Notes: generated by a model not told the origin, from the sequence alone. 64,000 bases of DNA from an uncultured archaeon (GCA_963817525.1 CAWFOU010000007.1:256001-320000); one strand, 5' to 3'. Shown: positions 1 to 10,853, counted from the first letter of the stretch. Numbers and translations: made by a program.

Positions 1-327
1 GACACGCTGGCGGGGATCGGGGCGATGGGGGTCGGGATCTTCAACGAGAGCTTCGGGTCGGCGCACGTGTTCTTCTCGGCCTTCACCTTCGTGGCCGCGG
101 GCATCCAGGCGCTCCTTGTCTTCAGGGTGGCGAAGGCGCCCTTTTCTCTCTTCGCGGCGCTCACGGGGCTGGTGACGCTCGTGGCGACGGTCCTATACGG
201 CACGGACACGTACATCGGGCTGGGCCAGGGAGGGATGGAGAGGATGGTCGTGTACCCCGTGCTCATCGGCGGGGTGGCCTTCGGAGGCTATCTGATGGCC
301 CTCGGCGACGCTCAGATTCTCCGTTAG
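1..327 (+). CDS. DUF998-like membrane protein, 5'-truncated by the window edge
   Basis: Hydrophobic ORF with GVGIFNE...H and GGMERM motifs typical of DUF998; frame is open towards the window start. Confidence 0.6.
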   Translation, partial: DTLAGIGAMGVGIFNESFGSAHVFFSAFTFVAAGIQALLVFRVAKAPFSLFAALTGLVTLVATVLYGTDTYIGLGQGGMERMVVYPVLIGGVAFGGYLMALGDAQILR

Positions 328-379
328 AGTCTCCGTCCAAGCAAGCGCTATAAGGCCCACGCGGAGCAACGCGGAAGAC

Positions 380-1184
380 ATGGGCGACACGGAGCATTCC
401 AAGGAGAGGCTACTCCCTAGTCCCCCGCAACAAGTACCTGGCTGTCGTCGCCTTCGCCGTCCTGTGCCTCAGCGCGGTGGGGCTCGCGGACGCGTCCCTG
501 CTGCCCTTCGAGTCCTGCCTGGGCGGGGCGCGGTCTCCTCGGGCTCGCTCTTCTCCATGGACGTCCTCACGTCCTTCCTGAACATCGGATACGCGGGGCT
601 GTTCCTCCTGATGGCGATGGAGAGCACGGCGTTCCCCGTCCCCAGCGAGGTGGTCCTGCCCGTTCGCGGGCTACCTGGTCTTCCTCGGCAAGATGAACCT
701 GGGGCTCGCCATCGTCGACGCCACGGCCGCGGGCCTGGCGGGTTCCCTAGTCGCATACTATCTGGGCTTGAAGCTCGGGAGGCCCGTCGTCTACGGGCTG
801 CTGGTGAGGGCGGGCGTCCCTGCCTCCCATCTCGACGACGGGGAGCGCTGGGTCGACTCGAAGGGCGCCTGGAGCGTCTTCGTCGGTAGGTTCATCCCCG
901 GCGTCAGGTCGGTGATATCCATCCCCGCAGGCGTCCTCAGGATGAAGCTCTGGCCGTTCGTGGTCCTGACGACCGTCGGCTCGTTCGTCTGGTCCGCTTT
1001 CCTCATCTATCTTGGCTACTCGGCGGGCTCACTCTGGCGGAGCTCCCTCGACACTCTCTCCGCCTATGCGGACCAGGCCGCCCTAGTCTTGGTCGCGGTC
1101 CTCTCGGTGCTCTACGTGGCCTATTACCTCGCGAGCCCGAGGCGCAAGTGGATAGTGCGTCTGGGATGGCATCTAGCAGCCTGA
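380..1184 (+). CDS. DedA/VTT family membrane protein (frameshifted)
   Basis: LMAMESTAFPVPSEVVLP in one frame, GRFIPGVRSVISIPAG in the next; frameshift near 660. Confidence 0.85.
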
Positions 1185-1655
1185 GCGGAAGGTTCTCGGC
1201 GGCATACCACCACTCGTTCGTCGAAGTTCGCCGTGGTCGGCCTGATCGGGGTGGGCGTGAACGAGGGGCTGCTCATCTTCCTAGACAAGTCCATGGGGGT
1301 CAACCTCCTCGCCGCCGGGGCGATCGCCATCGAGGTCTCGATCCTCTCGAACTTCGTCCTCAACGACCTCTGGACCTTCAGGGACAGGAGGACGGGCCGC
1401 GCCGCGGTCAGGCTGGCGAAGTTCAACGCCCTGATGTTGGCGGGCCTGGTGGTCAACCTCGGGGTCCTCGACCTCGGCACGGCCTACCTCGGGATCGATG
1501 CGGCGGTCTCCAACCTGGTGGGCATCGCGGCCGCCTTCTTCCTAAGGTACGCGCTCAGCGTGAAGTACGCGTGGATGCGCGTCGAGTCGATAGAGGAGGG
1601 TCAGCCCGCGGGCGTCGACAAGCCCCTCGCGGGTCCCGAGGCACCCCAGGCCTAG
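1166..1655 (+). CDS. GtrA family membrane protein (frameshift near 1223)
   Basis: KFAVVGLIGVGVNEG...SNFVLNDLWTF motif; ATG at 1166 lies in the adjacent frame. Confidence 0.8.
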
Positions 1656-3043
1656 GACTTCTTCAGGGCGGCCGCGAGGTCGGACAGCACCTTCTTGGCG
1701 TCCCCGAAGATCATCCACGTGTTGGGGAGGTAGAAGAGCTCGTTGTCCGACCCGGAGAAGCCTGGGCTCATGGAGCGCTTGATGAATATGACCGTCTTCG
1801 CCTTGTCTACGTTCATTATCGGCATGCCGTAGAGGGGCGAGTCTGGCTTTGTGCGGGCCGCCGGGTTGGTCACGTCGTTGGCGCCGACCACTATGACCAC
1901 GTCGGTCTCCGGGAATTCCGGGTTGATCTTCTCCATCTCCCAGAACTGGTCGTAGGGCACGTTGGCCTCCGCGAGGAGGACGTTCATGTGCCCGGGCATC
2001 CTTCCGGCCACCGGGTGGATGCCGTACTTGACGTCGATGCCCTTCTCCTGCAGCAGGTCGGTGACCTCCTTGACCGTGTGCTGGGCCTGGGCCACGGCCA
2101 TGCCGTAGCCTGGGACGATGACCACAGAACGGGCGTTCTCCAGGATGGTGGCGGCGTCGTCGGCGGTGAGCGACTGGACAGGGCGGGCCTGCACTGTCGC
2201 CGCTCCGGGAGCCCCCTTCACCACCTTCGCCCCGACCCCTCCGAAGAGGACGTTGGTGAAGGAGCGGTTCATGGCCTGGCTCATGATCAGCGCGAGGACG
2301 AAGCCCGAGGAGCCGTCGAGCGAGCCGGCGACTATGAGGAGCTTGTTGTTGAGGACGAAGCCTAGGCCTGCGGCCGACATGCCCGTGTAGGAGTTGAGGA
2401 TCGCGATGACCGTCGGCATGTCCGCGCCGCCGATCCCCATCACGAGCAGGAACCCAAACGCCAGCGCGAAGGCCGCCATTACTGGGAGGGCGAAGGTCTG
2501 CGAGGGCTCAGCGACCAGAAAGACCGCGATAGCGGCTGCGACCACGAGTATCGCGATGCTCACGTAGTTCTTCCCCGGATAGACGAACGGCCTGCCCGGG
2601 ATGAGCTCCTGGAGCTTTGCGAACGCGATGCAGCTGCCGGCGAAGGTCAGGAAGCCGAGTATCATCTCCGCCGAGAGGACCGAGAGCGTGAAGGCGTTGG
2701 CCGTGGTGTGGTAGTCGTAGAACTCGGCCGCGCCCACCAGTGCGACCGCCAGGGAGCCGAAGGCCTGGGAGACGGCTGTCCTCTGGGGGAGGGCCGTCGT
2801 CGCGACGCGCAGGGCGATGGGCGTGCCCACCACGAACCCCACGAGGATCCCGCCGATCAGGAGGTCAGTGCGGTGTATCGTGTAGGCGGCGAGGGTGGCG
2901 GCCACCCCGATGGCCATGCCGAGGGCCGCCGACCTTCCTCCCCACCTCGCGGTCTTGACGTCGCTCATGAACCTGAGCGAGAGGATGAAGAGGACTATCG
3001 CCGCGACGTAGAGCGCGAGGACGTAGGTGGGGTCGAGGGTCAA
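1652..3043 (-). CDS. pntB: NAD(P) transhydrogenase beta subunit
   Basis: GGADMP, PGYGMAVAQAQH, HPVAGRMPGHMNVLLAEA and GANDVTNPAA motifs. Confidence 0.97.
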   Translation of the reverse strand: MTLDPTYVLALYVAAIVLFILSLRFMSDVKTARWGGRSAALGMAIGVAATLAAYTIHRTDLLIGGILVGFVVGTPIALRVATTALPQRTAVSQAFGSLAVALVGAAEFYDYHTTANAFTLSVLSAEMILGFLTFAGSCIAFAKLQELIPGRPFVYPGKNYVSIAILVVAAAIAVFLVAEPSQTFALPVMAAFALAFGFLLVMGIGGADMPTVIAILNSYTGMSAAGLGFVLNNKLLIVAGSLDGSSGFVLALIMSQAMNRSFTNVLFGGVGAKVVKGAPGAATVQARPVQSLTADDAATILENARSVVIVPGYGMAVAQAQHTVKEVTDLLQEKGIDVKYGIHPVAGRMPGHMNVLLAEANVPYDQFWEMEKINPEFPETDVVIVVGANDVTNPAARTKPDSPLYGMPIMNVDKAKTVIFIKRSMSPGFSGSDNELFYLPNTWMIFGDAKKVLSDLAAALKKS

Positions 3044-3414
3044 CTCGAAGGCTTCTCCTTTGGCTTCTCCTTCTGCCTGGGCTTGAAGAGGCGCACGATG
3101 CGCTCAACCAGTATGAAACCGCTGATGATGTTCGTCGAGGCGAGGGCGACTCCGACGGCGGCCAGTATGAGCAGCGTCGGGTTGGTGGTCTCGCTCAAGA
3201 CGATGAGCGCCGCTATCATCGAGACGGAGGAGATGGCGTTGGTGAGCGCCATTAGCGGGGTGTGGAGCAGCCTGGTGACGTGGCGGATGAGCTCGACGCC
3301 GAGGAACGTCGCCATGATGAACACGAGCAGGTTGGTCACGAGGTCCTCCGAGGTGTACGAGATGGGGCTCGTCGCCGACGACGTCGCGTTCGACGCCACT
3401 AGCTCGAGGAACAT
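3040..3414 (-). CDS. pntA2: NAD(P) transhydrogenase alpha subunit, membrane part (alpha2)
   Basis: LHTPLMALTNAISS motif; lies between pntA and pntB. Confidence 0.93.
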   Translation of the reverse strand: MFLELVASNATSSATSPISYTSEDLVTNLLVFIMATFLGVELIRHVTRLLHTPLMALTNAISSVSMIAALIVLSETTNPTLLILAAVGVALASTNIISGFILVERIVRLFKPRQKEKPKEKPSS

Positions 3415-4616
3415 GCTAGGACTTCGCTCCCGCGGAGGCAGGCGCCGCGGCCGGTGGGGGCGCTGGGTGGCGCCGGAGGCGCCCACGTCGGGTCTATCGC
3501 CTTGTGCGTCGCGACGTGAACGACTTCCCCGGCGTTGATCACCATCGCCCCCTTCACCACGTCGTCCTTGGGGTCGATGGCGAGCTTGCCGTCCTTGAGC
3601 ATTATCAGCAACAGAGACTGGACGTTCTTGGAGTACAGCTTGCTCGACTCGGGCGCCATCGTGGAGGGCAGGTTCAGCGGGCCGTGAATGGTGACTCCGT
3701 ATTTCACGACGGTCTTGCCCGGCTCTGTGACGGCGCAGTTGCCCTTTGCCTCCGCCGCGAGGTCGACGACGACTGAGCCCGGGCGCATCCCCTTCACGGC
3801 ATCCTCGGTGATTAGTATCGGGGCCCTCTGGTTGGGGATCAGGGCGGTCGTTATCACGACGTCCATGAGCTTGGCGCGCCCCGCGAGGAACTCCTGCTGC
3901 TTCCTGGTGAACTCCTCGCCCATCGCCTTGGCGTACCCGCCGGCGTCCTGGGCGTCCTTCGCCTCGACGGGCATCTCGGCGAACTTCGCGCCGAGGCTCA
4001 TGACCTGCTCCTTGACGACGGGCCTTACGTCGTAGGCCTCGACCACGGCCCCGAGCCTCTTCGCGGTCGCTATGGCCTGGAGGCCCGCCACGCCAGCCCC
4101 GAGGATGAAGACCTTGGCCGGGGAGATCGTGCCCGCGGCCGTCATCATGAGCGGGAAGACCTTGGGGACCGTGTCCGCGGCGAGGAGGACGGCTTTGTAT
4201 CCGGCGACGTTCGCCTGCGAGGAGAGGGCGTCCATGGGCTGCGCCCTGCTGATGCGGGGGACCAGCTCCATCGCGAAGGTGGTGGCCTTGCGGGAGGCCA
4301 GCTTCTTTACCGTCTCGAGGTTGGCGAGGGGGGAGAGGAACGAGATGGTCACGGCGCCCTCCTTGACGAGCGAGGCCTCGTCCGGGGTGAAGGGAGTCAC
4401 CTTCAGGAGGATGTCGGCCTGCGAGTAGAGGGCATTTTGGTCGCTGGCTATGGTCGCGCCGGCGGCCGTGTAGTCCGAGTCAGGGAAGCCGGCGTTCTCG
4501 CCCGCCCCCTTCTCGACGACCACGCTGATCCCAGGACCGAACTTGGAGACGCTCTCCGGGACGACGGAGACGCGCCTTTCGAGGGCCGCCGTCTCTTTCG
4601 GGACGCCGACTATCAA
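3399..4616 (-). CDS. pntA: NAD(P) transhydrogenase alpha subunit, domain I
   Basis: RISRAQPMDALSSQANVAGYKAV and GAGVAGLQAIATAKRLGA motifs; C-terminal tail probably frameshifted near 3480. Confidence 0.95.
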   Translation of the reverse strand: MIVGVPKETAALERRVSVVPESVSKFGPGISVVVEKGAGENAGFPDSDYTAAGATIASDQNALYSQADILLKVTPFTPDEASLVKEGAVTISFLSPLANLETVKKLASRKATTFAMELVPRISRAQPMDALSSQANVAGYKAVLLAADTVPKVFPLMMTAAGTISPAKVFILGAGVAGLQAIATAKRLGAVVEAYDVRPVVKEQVMSLGAKFAEMPVEAKDAQDAGGYAKAMGEEFTRKQQEFLAGRAKLMDVVITTALIPNQRAPILITEDAVKGMRPGSVVVDLAAEAKGNCAVTEPGKTVVKYGVTIHGPLNLPSTMAPESSKLYSKNVQSLLLIMLKDGKLAIDPKDDVVKGAMVINAGEVVHVATHKAIDPTWAPPAPPSAPTGRGACLRGSEVLACSSS

Positions 4617-4688
4617 TCGTTTAACCCCGACAGGCCTGCGCCATGGGGAATTAAGCTTAACCTTTGTCGCGCGCGTTTCGCGCCCGGG

Positions 4689-6050
4689 TCACTTGCCAAG
4701 GTAGTTCTCCAGCGTCTGCCCCAGCCACATCATCCCCTTCTCGAAGAAGTCGAGCCGGATGTTTTCGTTGGGGGAGTGCAGAGCGGAGTCGACGGGGGAG
4801 ATGCCGATGTCCAGCCCGGCGACGCCGTATCTCCTCGTGAAGATGTAGAGGGGGCCTGTCCCAGCGCTCGAGAGCTCTATCGCCGGGTCCTTCTGGAAGA
4901 CCTCCTTCGCCCCCTTTATCGCGGCCTGCGCGAGGTCGCTCTTGTAGCTGGTCCTGGCGGCGGGCTCCATGGTCTCCAACGCGATCTCCACGTCGCCGTA
5001 GCCGTTCGCCTTCAGGTAGGCGACGAGCTTTGCATAGAGCTCCTGCGGGTCCTGGTCGGGGACCAGCCGGAAGTCCATCTTGCAGTGGGCCTCCGCGGGG
5101 AGCACGGTCTTGCTCCCCGTGCCCGTGTACCCGGCCCAGATGCCGGCGATGTTGGCCGTCGGGCGCGCCACCAACGACTTCTTCGCCTGGGCGACCGACA
5201 TCCCTCCTGCGAACTCCTTGCTCCCGTAGGTCGTGAGGAGCTCCGAGGCCTCCGACGGCTGCTCGTCAAGTAGCTTGAGCTCGTCCTCGGCGAGGTCCTT
5301 GACCTTGTCATACCACCCCGGGATGAGGATCCTCTCGTGGGAGTCCTTGATGAGGCTGAGCATCCTGGTGAGCCTCCAGGCGGCGCTCGGGAGGGCAGCC
5401 GCGTACATGCTGTGGGCGTCCTGTGACAGGGCGCGGACGGTGAACTCGAGGTAGATCATCCCCTTGACGCCGAGCCCGACGACCGGGGTGCCGTCCGCCC
5501 CTATCTTCCCGTACTCCCAGATCACGGCGTCGGACTTGAAGAGGTCGGGGCTCTTGTTCACGTACTCCTCGAGGTGCGGGCTCCCCACCTCCTCCTCGCC
5601 CTCGAAGCAGAACTTCACGTTGCACGGCGGCTCCCCGTTCACGTTGACGTAGGCCTCGATGAGCTTGAGCCTCGCGACCAGCTCTCCCTTGTCATCGGAG
5701 ACGCCGCGCCCGTAGAGCCTGCCGTCTCTGACCTCCGGCTTGAACGGTGGCGACTTCCAGAGCTCGAGCGGGACCTCGGGCTGGACGTCGTAGTGGTTGT
5801 AGAACAAGACCGTCTTGGGAGACTTGCTGGACTTTAGCTCCCCGTAGACGAGGGGGGCGGCCCCCGGGAGCTGGAGGACCTTCGTCGTCCCGCCTATCTC
5901 CTCTATCATCGACTTTACTATGGCCGCGCACTCTGCGATCCCCTCCTTCCTCGCGGAGACGCTGGGCTGCGAGGCGAGCCGGACGATGTCCTTCACGAAC
6001 CTTTCCTGGTTCTCGTGGATGTAGTCGCCGACCTTCTTGTCGTGCACCAT
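4689..6050 (-). CDS. M20/ArgE/DapE family metallopeptidase
   Basis: HYDVQP, GRGVSDDKG, EGEEEVGS and LHSPNE motifs; ATG at 6050 (the upstream part of the ORF call comes from a neighbouring gene). Confidence 0.92.
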   Translation of the reverse strand: MVHDKKVGDYIHENQERFVKDIVRLASQPSVSARKEGIAECAAIVKSMIEEIGGTTKVLQLPGAAPLVYGELKSSKSPKTVLFYNHYDVQPEVPLELWKSPPFKPEVRDGRLYGRGVSDDKGELVARLKLIEAYVNVNGEPPCNVKFCFEGEEEVGSPHLEEYVNKSPDLFKSDAVIWEYGKIGADGTPVVGLGVKGMIYLEFTVRALSQDAHSMYAAALPSAAWRLTRMLSLIKDSHERILIPGWYDKVKDLAEDELKLLDEQPSEASELLTTYGSKEFAGGMSVAQAKKSLVARPTANIAGIWAGYTGTGSKTVLPAEAHCKMDFRLVPDQDPQELYAKLVAYLKANGYGDVEIALETMEPAARTSYKSDLAQAAIKGAKEVFQKDPAIELSSAGTGPLYIFTRRYGVAGLDIGISPVDSALHSPNENIRLDFFEKGMMWLGQTLENYLGK

Positions 6051-6109
6051 CTGAGGTTCTGCGGGCGTCGCCCCGCTGCGCCAATTAAGCTTTAGACCGG
6101 GGAGCGGAG

Positions 6110-6815
6110 TCAGGAGATCTTCAGGAGCCCGTCGCCGTCGACCTTCATGGTGGTCTCGGGGCTCTTGGGGTCGAGCACGGACACCCCTCCGCTCACCAGC
6201 CAGCTGTGGAACCCTCCGCCCCCGCTGGGCGCCTTGATCTTGTGGGAAGAGTGGATGGAAAGGGTCCTGGTCTTCTCGGTGAAGTCCCTGCCGTCGACCT
6301 TGATCTTCAGCTTCTCGCGATTTGGTGTCTCGAAACGGACCTCGCGGGTGAACCTTCGGTATAGGCTGGCGATTATCAGGGCAAAGGCGATCATGACGCC
6401 GCTGTCGAGCCCGTTCATGATGGCCCTGGTCGTTTCGTTGACCGAGATCCCGGCGAGCCCGAAGAGGAGCAGCAAGAGGAGCATCAGTATCGCCACGGCG
6501 GCGGCCCGGGCTCGGTAGCCTCCGCCGGGGAGGTACTCGAAGTACATCCCGTATAGCGTCCCGAAGAGTATCGCGACGACGCCCGCTGGGAGGATGACGT
6601 CGAAAGGTATCCCCACCGTCACGGCATTGGAGAAGCAGGTCTGCGCCGCCGTCGCGCTGGAGCATGTGGAGTAAGTCGCCTGCAGCGACCGCGAGGACGG
6701 AGCCCTTCGATGCCTCGAGCAGGGCGAAGTTCAGGGCCCCGACCGCCAGCCCGAAGAAGGAGCCCCCCACTAGGCCGGCCTTCAAACCGGCAATCGCAGA
6801 AGCCGACTCGCTCAA
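6110..6815 (-). CDS. Hypothetical membrane protein with C-terminal beta-rich domain (frameshift near 6665)
   Basis: Hydrophobic N-terminus in the 6815 frame continues into ORF 6110..6622. Confidence 0.55.
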
Positions 6816-6833
6816 CCCCTGCCGTGCGTCAAA

Positions 6834-7306
6834 TCAGGAGAGGGCCTGGAGGACTTCCTGCTCGTGGCCGTCGACCTTTACCTTTCTGAAGACCTTCCTT
6901 ATCTTCCCGTCCTTGCCTATCACGAACGTGGACCGCTCGGTCCCCCAGTACTTCTTCCCGTAGTTCTCCTTCTCCACCCACGTCCCGTAGAGGTTGTTCA
7001 CCTTCAGGTCCTCGTCGCTGAGGAGGGTGAAGTTGAGCCCGTACTTGTTGATGAACTTCGAGTGCGAATCGAGCGAGTCCTTGCTCACCCCGAGGACGAC
7101 CGCGTCCACCTTCCCGAACTTCGGGAGGTTGTCCCTGAAGGAGCAGGCCTCCTTGGTGCAGCCGGGGGTGTCGTCCGCCGGGTAGAAGTAGAGGACGACG
7201 TTCTTGCCCCTCAGGTCGCTCAGCTTGACGCTCTCCCCGCTGGAGGATGGCAGGGAGAAGTCGGGCGCGACGTCGCCCGCGGCGAGCTCGTGCTTCGATG
7301 ACATGA
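6834..7306 (-). CDS. bcp: Peroxiredoxin Bcp/PrxQ
   Basis: YFYPADDTPGCTKEACSFRD active-site motif. Confidence 0.95.
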
Positions 7307-7358
7307 TGCTGCGAGCCGGTCGGCTGGCTGCCACTAGTAAAGCTTGGCGGGGAGCGCG

Positions 7359-7727
7359 CTACGGCGAGACTATCTGCGCGTTTATCTGCTTCCGGCTCGC
7401 GAAGCCCTCGCTCTGGGTGTGCCAGAACTCGATGCTCGACTCGCCGTATTTCCAGCAGAGGTAGACCACCTCGCCGAACCTCTTCGCGGGGAAGTCGAGG
7501 AGGCCGGTGTCGATGTCCCTGAGCTTCACGCCGAGGTCCTCGAGCTCCTGGATGTTCGCCATGAGGTCCTTCACCACCGAGTCGAGCTGGTCGGTCTTCT
7601 GCCTCGCCTCTGGGACCTCAAAGCCCACGAGGCTGAAGCGCTCGATCTCGTCCCTCAGGCTGTCCGCGACCTTCTTCCTCTCCATTATCGACTTTAGTCT
7701 CAGCTTGACGTCAGGGAGCATGCGCAT
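7359..7727 (-). CDS. DUF2203 family protein
   Basis: GLLDFPA...VYLCWKYGE...WH...GFASR motif; the in-frame FTPQEA motif just upstream suggests a true start slightly before 7727. Confidence 0.85.
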   Translation of the reverse strand: MRMLPDVKLRLKSIMERKKVADSLRDEIERFSLVGFEVPEARQKTDQLDSVVKDLMANIQELEDLGVKLRDIDTGLLDFPAKRFGEVVYLCWKYGESSIEFWHTQSEGFASRKQINAQIVSP

Positions 7728-8063
7728 CGCTTCTTGAGGAGTGAAGAGATGAGCAGGCTCATCTTTCGAAGATGCTGTAGGCGTCTATATCCCTCAGGAC
7801 AGATGTCTAAGAAAGATTAGCATATATCCCTTCGGTGAAAGAAATGTGAAAACACAAGGCCAAAATTTATTGATAAGCGGTCTTGAATGCTCGCATTTAT
7901 CGGCGTCCGCCGGCTTCGCGGACCGCGGGTCCGGAAAGAAAACGGCGCTTTCTCCGAGAAGGCTTATGTCGCACTGCGCCCGGATGCGGATGAGGGCAAA
8001 GCATGGCTCGTCTCGAGGAGGGGCGCGAGGAAGACGGCTGACAAGAAGCCTTCCCTGCGGACG

Positions 8064-8492
8064 ATGCGCGTCGCTGAGGTCATGACCAAGGGGGTCAAGA
8101 CGGTCGAGAGCGGCAGGACGCTCGAGGACAGCCTCACGCTCATGGTGGCCAACGACATCGGGTGCGTCGTCGTGACGGAAGAGGGGTCGCCCGTCGGCAT
8201 ATTCACCGAGCGAGACGTGCTGAGGAGGGCCGCCCAAGGGCAGGAGAGGCTCCAGCTGGCGATGAAGGAGGTTATGAGCAAGCCCCTGGTCACGGTCGCG
8301 CCGACAGCCACCATCTGGGAGGCGATGGAGTCGATGAGCGCCAGCAAGGTCAGGCACCTCCCCGTGGTAGACGGCGGGGCCCTCGTCGGCATCCTGACCC
8401 AGAGGGACATGTTTCGCCTCTTCTTCTCCTACAAGGAGCTGCTGCTCTCGGCGATAAACCTGGAAGAGATGCGGCGCTTCATGATGGAGTGA
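8064..8492 (+). CDS. CBS-pair domain protein
   Basis: VAEVMTK...GIFTERD and VRHLPVV...GILTQRD CBS repeats. Confidence 0.88.
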   Translation: MRVAEVMTKGVKTVESGRTLEDSLTLMVANDIGCVVVTEEGSPVGIFTERDVLRRAAQGQERLQLAMKEVMSKPLVTVAPTATIWEAMESMSASKVRHLPVVDGGALVGILTQRDMFRLFFSYKELLLSAINLEEMRRFMME

Positions 8493-8555
8493 GCGGCGGC
8501 CTGCGCTCCAGGGAGGAGACGGGGCTCCAACGACTTAAGTAGATTCGCCGCCGGG

Positions 8556-9113
8556 ATGAAAGTGGGACAATCCTTGTACACCAGGGGCGGAGACAAAGGC
8601 GAGACCAGCCTCTACGGGCCGAACAGGGTCCCGAAGGACTCCCCCAGGGTCGACGCCTACGGCACGATAGACGAGCTCAACTGCTGCATCGGCGTGGCGC
8701 TCGCGGGCTGCAGGCACAAGGAGATCTCAAAGCCCCTCAAGCGCGTCCAGGCCGAGCTCTTCACCGCCGGCGCGGACCTCGCGACCGAGTTCTCCCTCAA
8801 GGCGATGGCCCGCGTCCCCAGGATAACGAAGAAGGACACCGAGAGGCTCGAGAGGACGGTAGACGAGCTGCAGGGCAAGCTTCCCAAGCTCACGACGTTC
8901 ATCCTCCCCGGGGGGAGCCAGCTCTCCTCCTCGCTCCACCTCGCGAGGGCAGTTTGCAGGAGGGCGGAGAGGAAGGTCGTGACCCTCGGCCGGTCCGAGA
9001 AGATAAACCCGGAGATGGTCCCGTACCTCAACAGGCTCTCCACCTGCCTCTTCAACATGGCTCGCTACGCGAACGCGCTGGAAGGGGTGAAGGACGAGGT
9101 CTGGAAGAGATGA
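8556..9113 (+). CDS. pduO: PduO-type cob(I)alamin adenosyltransferase
   Basis: YTRGGDKGETSL, AYGTIDELN, FILPGG, RAVCRRAER and YLNRLS motifs. Confidence 0.95.
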   Translation: MKVGQSLYTRGGDKGETSLYGPNRVPKDSPRVDAYGTIDELNCCIGVALAGCRHKEISKPLKRVQAELFTAGADLATEFSLKAMARVPRITKKDTERLERTVDELQGKLPKLTTFILPGGSQLSSSLHLARAVCRRAERKVVTLGRSEKINPEMVPYLNRLSTCLFNMARYANALEGVKDEVWKR

Positions 9114-9126
9114 CCGAGCGGTCGCC

Positions 9127-9567
9127 CTAGACCTTGCCGTTGTCCCAAGAGTCCACCTTCTCTGGGACGAACTCGATGAACGCCCTCTTCTCCTTCCTCC
9201 TCTCCTTCACCCAGTCCTCGGGCATCTCGTCGGCCTTCCACTGGCGCTCGGAGTACTTGTCCTCGAAGAGGGCGGTGACCCTGGCTATCAGCCTCTTCTC
9301 GGTGACGAGCCTCGACCTGCCCCACATCACCACGCCCCGAAGCTCGCGATACTTGTCCCCGTCGTCTATCACGACGCAGGCCTTCCCCCTGGCCGCCAGC
9401 CCGACCTTGACCTTGTAGTCCTGGGCGCGCATGTAGACCTTCTTTCCGACGACGACGAACCAGATCGGGGTGACGTGGGGGTACCCGTCCTCCATCGCGA
9501 ATCCCAGGTACACCCTCCTCTGCGACTCTAGGAACCTCCCACACCTCCTCGCGGGACATGGCGACAT
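9127..9567 (-). CDS. Pyridoxamine 5'-phosphate oxidase-like (split-barrel, possibly F420-binding) protein
   Basis: GYPHVTPIWF...LRGV...SWD motifs; N-terminus probably frameshifted near 9540. Confidence 0.8.
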   Translation of the reverse strand: MSPCPARRCGRFLESQRRVYLGFAMEDGYPHVTPIWFVVVGKKVYMRAQDYKVKVGLAARGKACVVIDDGDKYRELRGVVMWGRSRLVTEKRLIARVTALFEDKYSERQWKADEMPEDWVKERRKEKRAFIEFVPEKVDSWDNGKV

Positions 9568-9743
9568 ACTGCCTGTTCGCCCGCCTGTAGAGAGCCAAGT
9601 CTGGCGCGGCCCGCTCCTGTTGCTGAGATAAGGCTTGCTGGGGTCTCGTCCCTGCCTTGCGACCAAAATGGTCTCAACTCTCGCCGATGAGAGGGGTCGA
9701 AAGGATCTCAACCTCTAAATATTCTCCGGGACGTTGGCACCTC

Positions 9744-10172
9744 ATGAAACACATACTCGTCGCGGTCGATGAGCACCCCCACGCCGAGCAGATAGTGGGA
9801 TGCGCCATCGAGATGGCGCAAGAGATGGCCGCCAAGATTCTCCTGATCTACGTCGTGGAAAGAGCCCCCGTCCCCGAAAAGTTTCGCGACGAGCACGGGG
9901 ACGCGCTGCCGGAGCATTTCTACGAGGACGAATTTGCGAGGACGGTCGGCCGGTGGATCACGGTGATAAAGAAGGCGGGAGTATCATGTCAGGGGGTTCC
10001 CGCCCATGGAGACCCCATCAAGGAAATCCTCACGGCCGCGAAATCGAGGAAGGCGGACTACATAATGATGGGGGCTCGCGAACTGCGAGGCCTACGGCGC
10101 CTGAGGGCCATCAGCAGCGTGTCGAGGAACGTGATAGAGAAGGCGACCATCCCCGTGATAGCCGTGCCGTAG
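9744..10172 (+). CDS. Universal stress protein (copy 1)
   Basis: ILVAVD...IMMGAR...SVSRNVIEKATIPVIAVP Usp signature. Confidence 0.9.
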   Translation: MKHILVAVDEHPHAEQIVGCAIEMAQEMAAKILLIYVVERAPVPEKFRDEHGDALPEHFYEDEFARTVGRWITVIKKAGVSCQGVPAHGDPIKEILTAAKSRKADYIMMGARELRGLRRLRAISSVSRNVIEKATIPVIAVP

Positions 10173-10413
10173 AGCTCCGGCTCCGCCCCTTCCTCCACGG
10201 TCCCAGGGGGAGGGCTCACGCCCCTCTCCATCCAGACCATGAAGTCCTCGTGCTCGACATTACCATTTGCAGGTCTGCGGAGCTTCTCCCCGCGCGCAGA
10301 GCAACTTGACACGCCTGAGATGTCTTGGAGAGGTACAAAATCGCCCATGCGCCGAAGAGTTTCCAGAGCCAATCGTCCTAAGCTCTATATATTCGGACGG
10401 GGCGAACGCCACC

Positions 10414-10839
10414 ATGAAGCAGATACTCGTCGCGGTCGATGAGCACCCCCACGCCGAGCAGATAGTCGACAGCGCGATCGAGCTCGCCAAGAGCATGTCC
10501 GCCAGGATCCTGCTGATGTACGTCGTCGAGGGGTCGGTCCCGGAAAACTACCGGGACGAGCACGGGGACGCCCTCCCCGAGCACTACTACCGGGACGAGT
10601 TCGAGAGGTCTGTCGGTCCGCTGGTGAAGATGATCGAGAAGTCAGGGCTGAGGTGCGAGGAGATACCCGGCTCAGGCGACCCCGTGAAGGAGATCCTCAA
10701 GACGGCGAAGTCGAGGAACGTGAGCTACATCGTCATGGGTACCCGCGAACTCAGAGGTCTGGGCCGGCTCAGGGCGATAGGCAGCGTGTCCAGGAACGTC
10801 ATAGAGAAGTCGAGCGTCCCTGTGGTCGCCGTGCCCTAG
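10414..10839 (+). CDS. Universal stress protein (copy 2)
   Basis: ILVAVD...IVMGTR...GSVSRNVIEKSSVPVVAVP; closely similar to copy 1. Confidence 0.9.
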   Translation: MKQILVAVDEHPHAEQIVDSAIELAKSMSARILLMYVVEGSVPENYRDEHGDALPEHYYRDEFERSVGPLVKMIEKSGLRCEEIPGSGDPVKEILKTAKSRNVSYIVMGTRELRGLGRLRAIGSVSRNVIEKSSVPVVAVP

Positions 10840-10853
10840 GGCGCCTCAGGAAC

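Noticed and set aside
4689-6815. 708-aa fusion ORF; similarly 29622..31949 (kinase running into tdh) and 38534..39106
   Set aside because: These are chimeras created by frameshifts or open alternative frames; the real genes have separate starts
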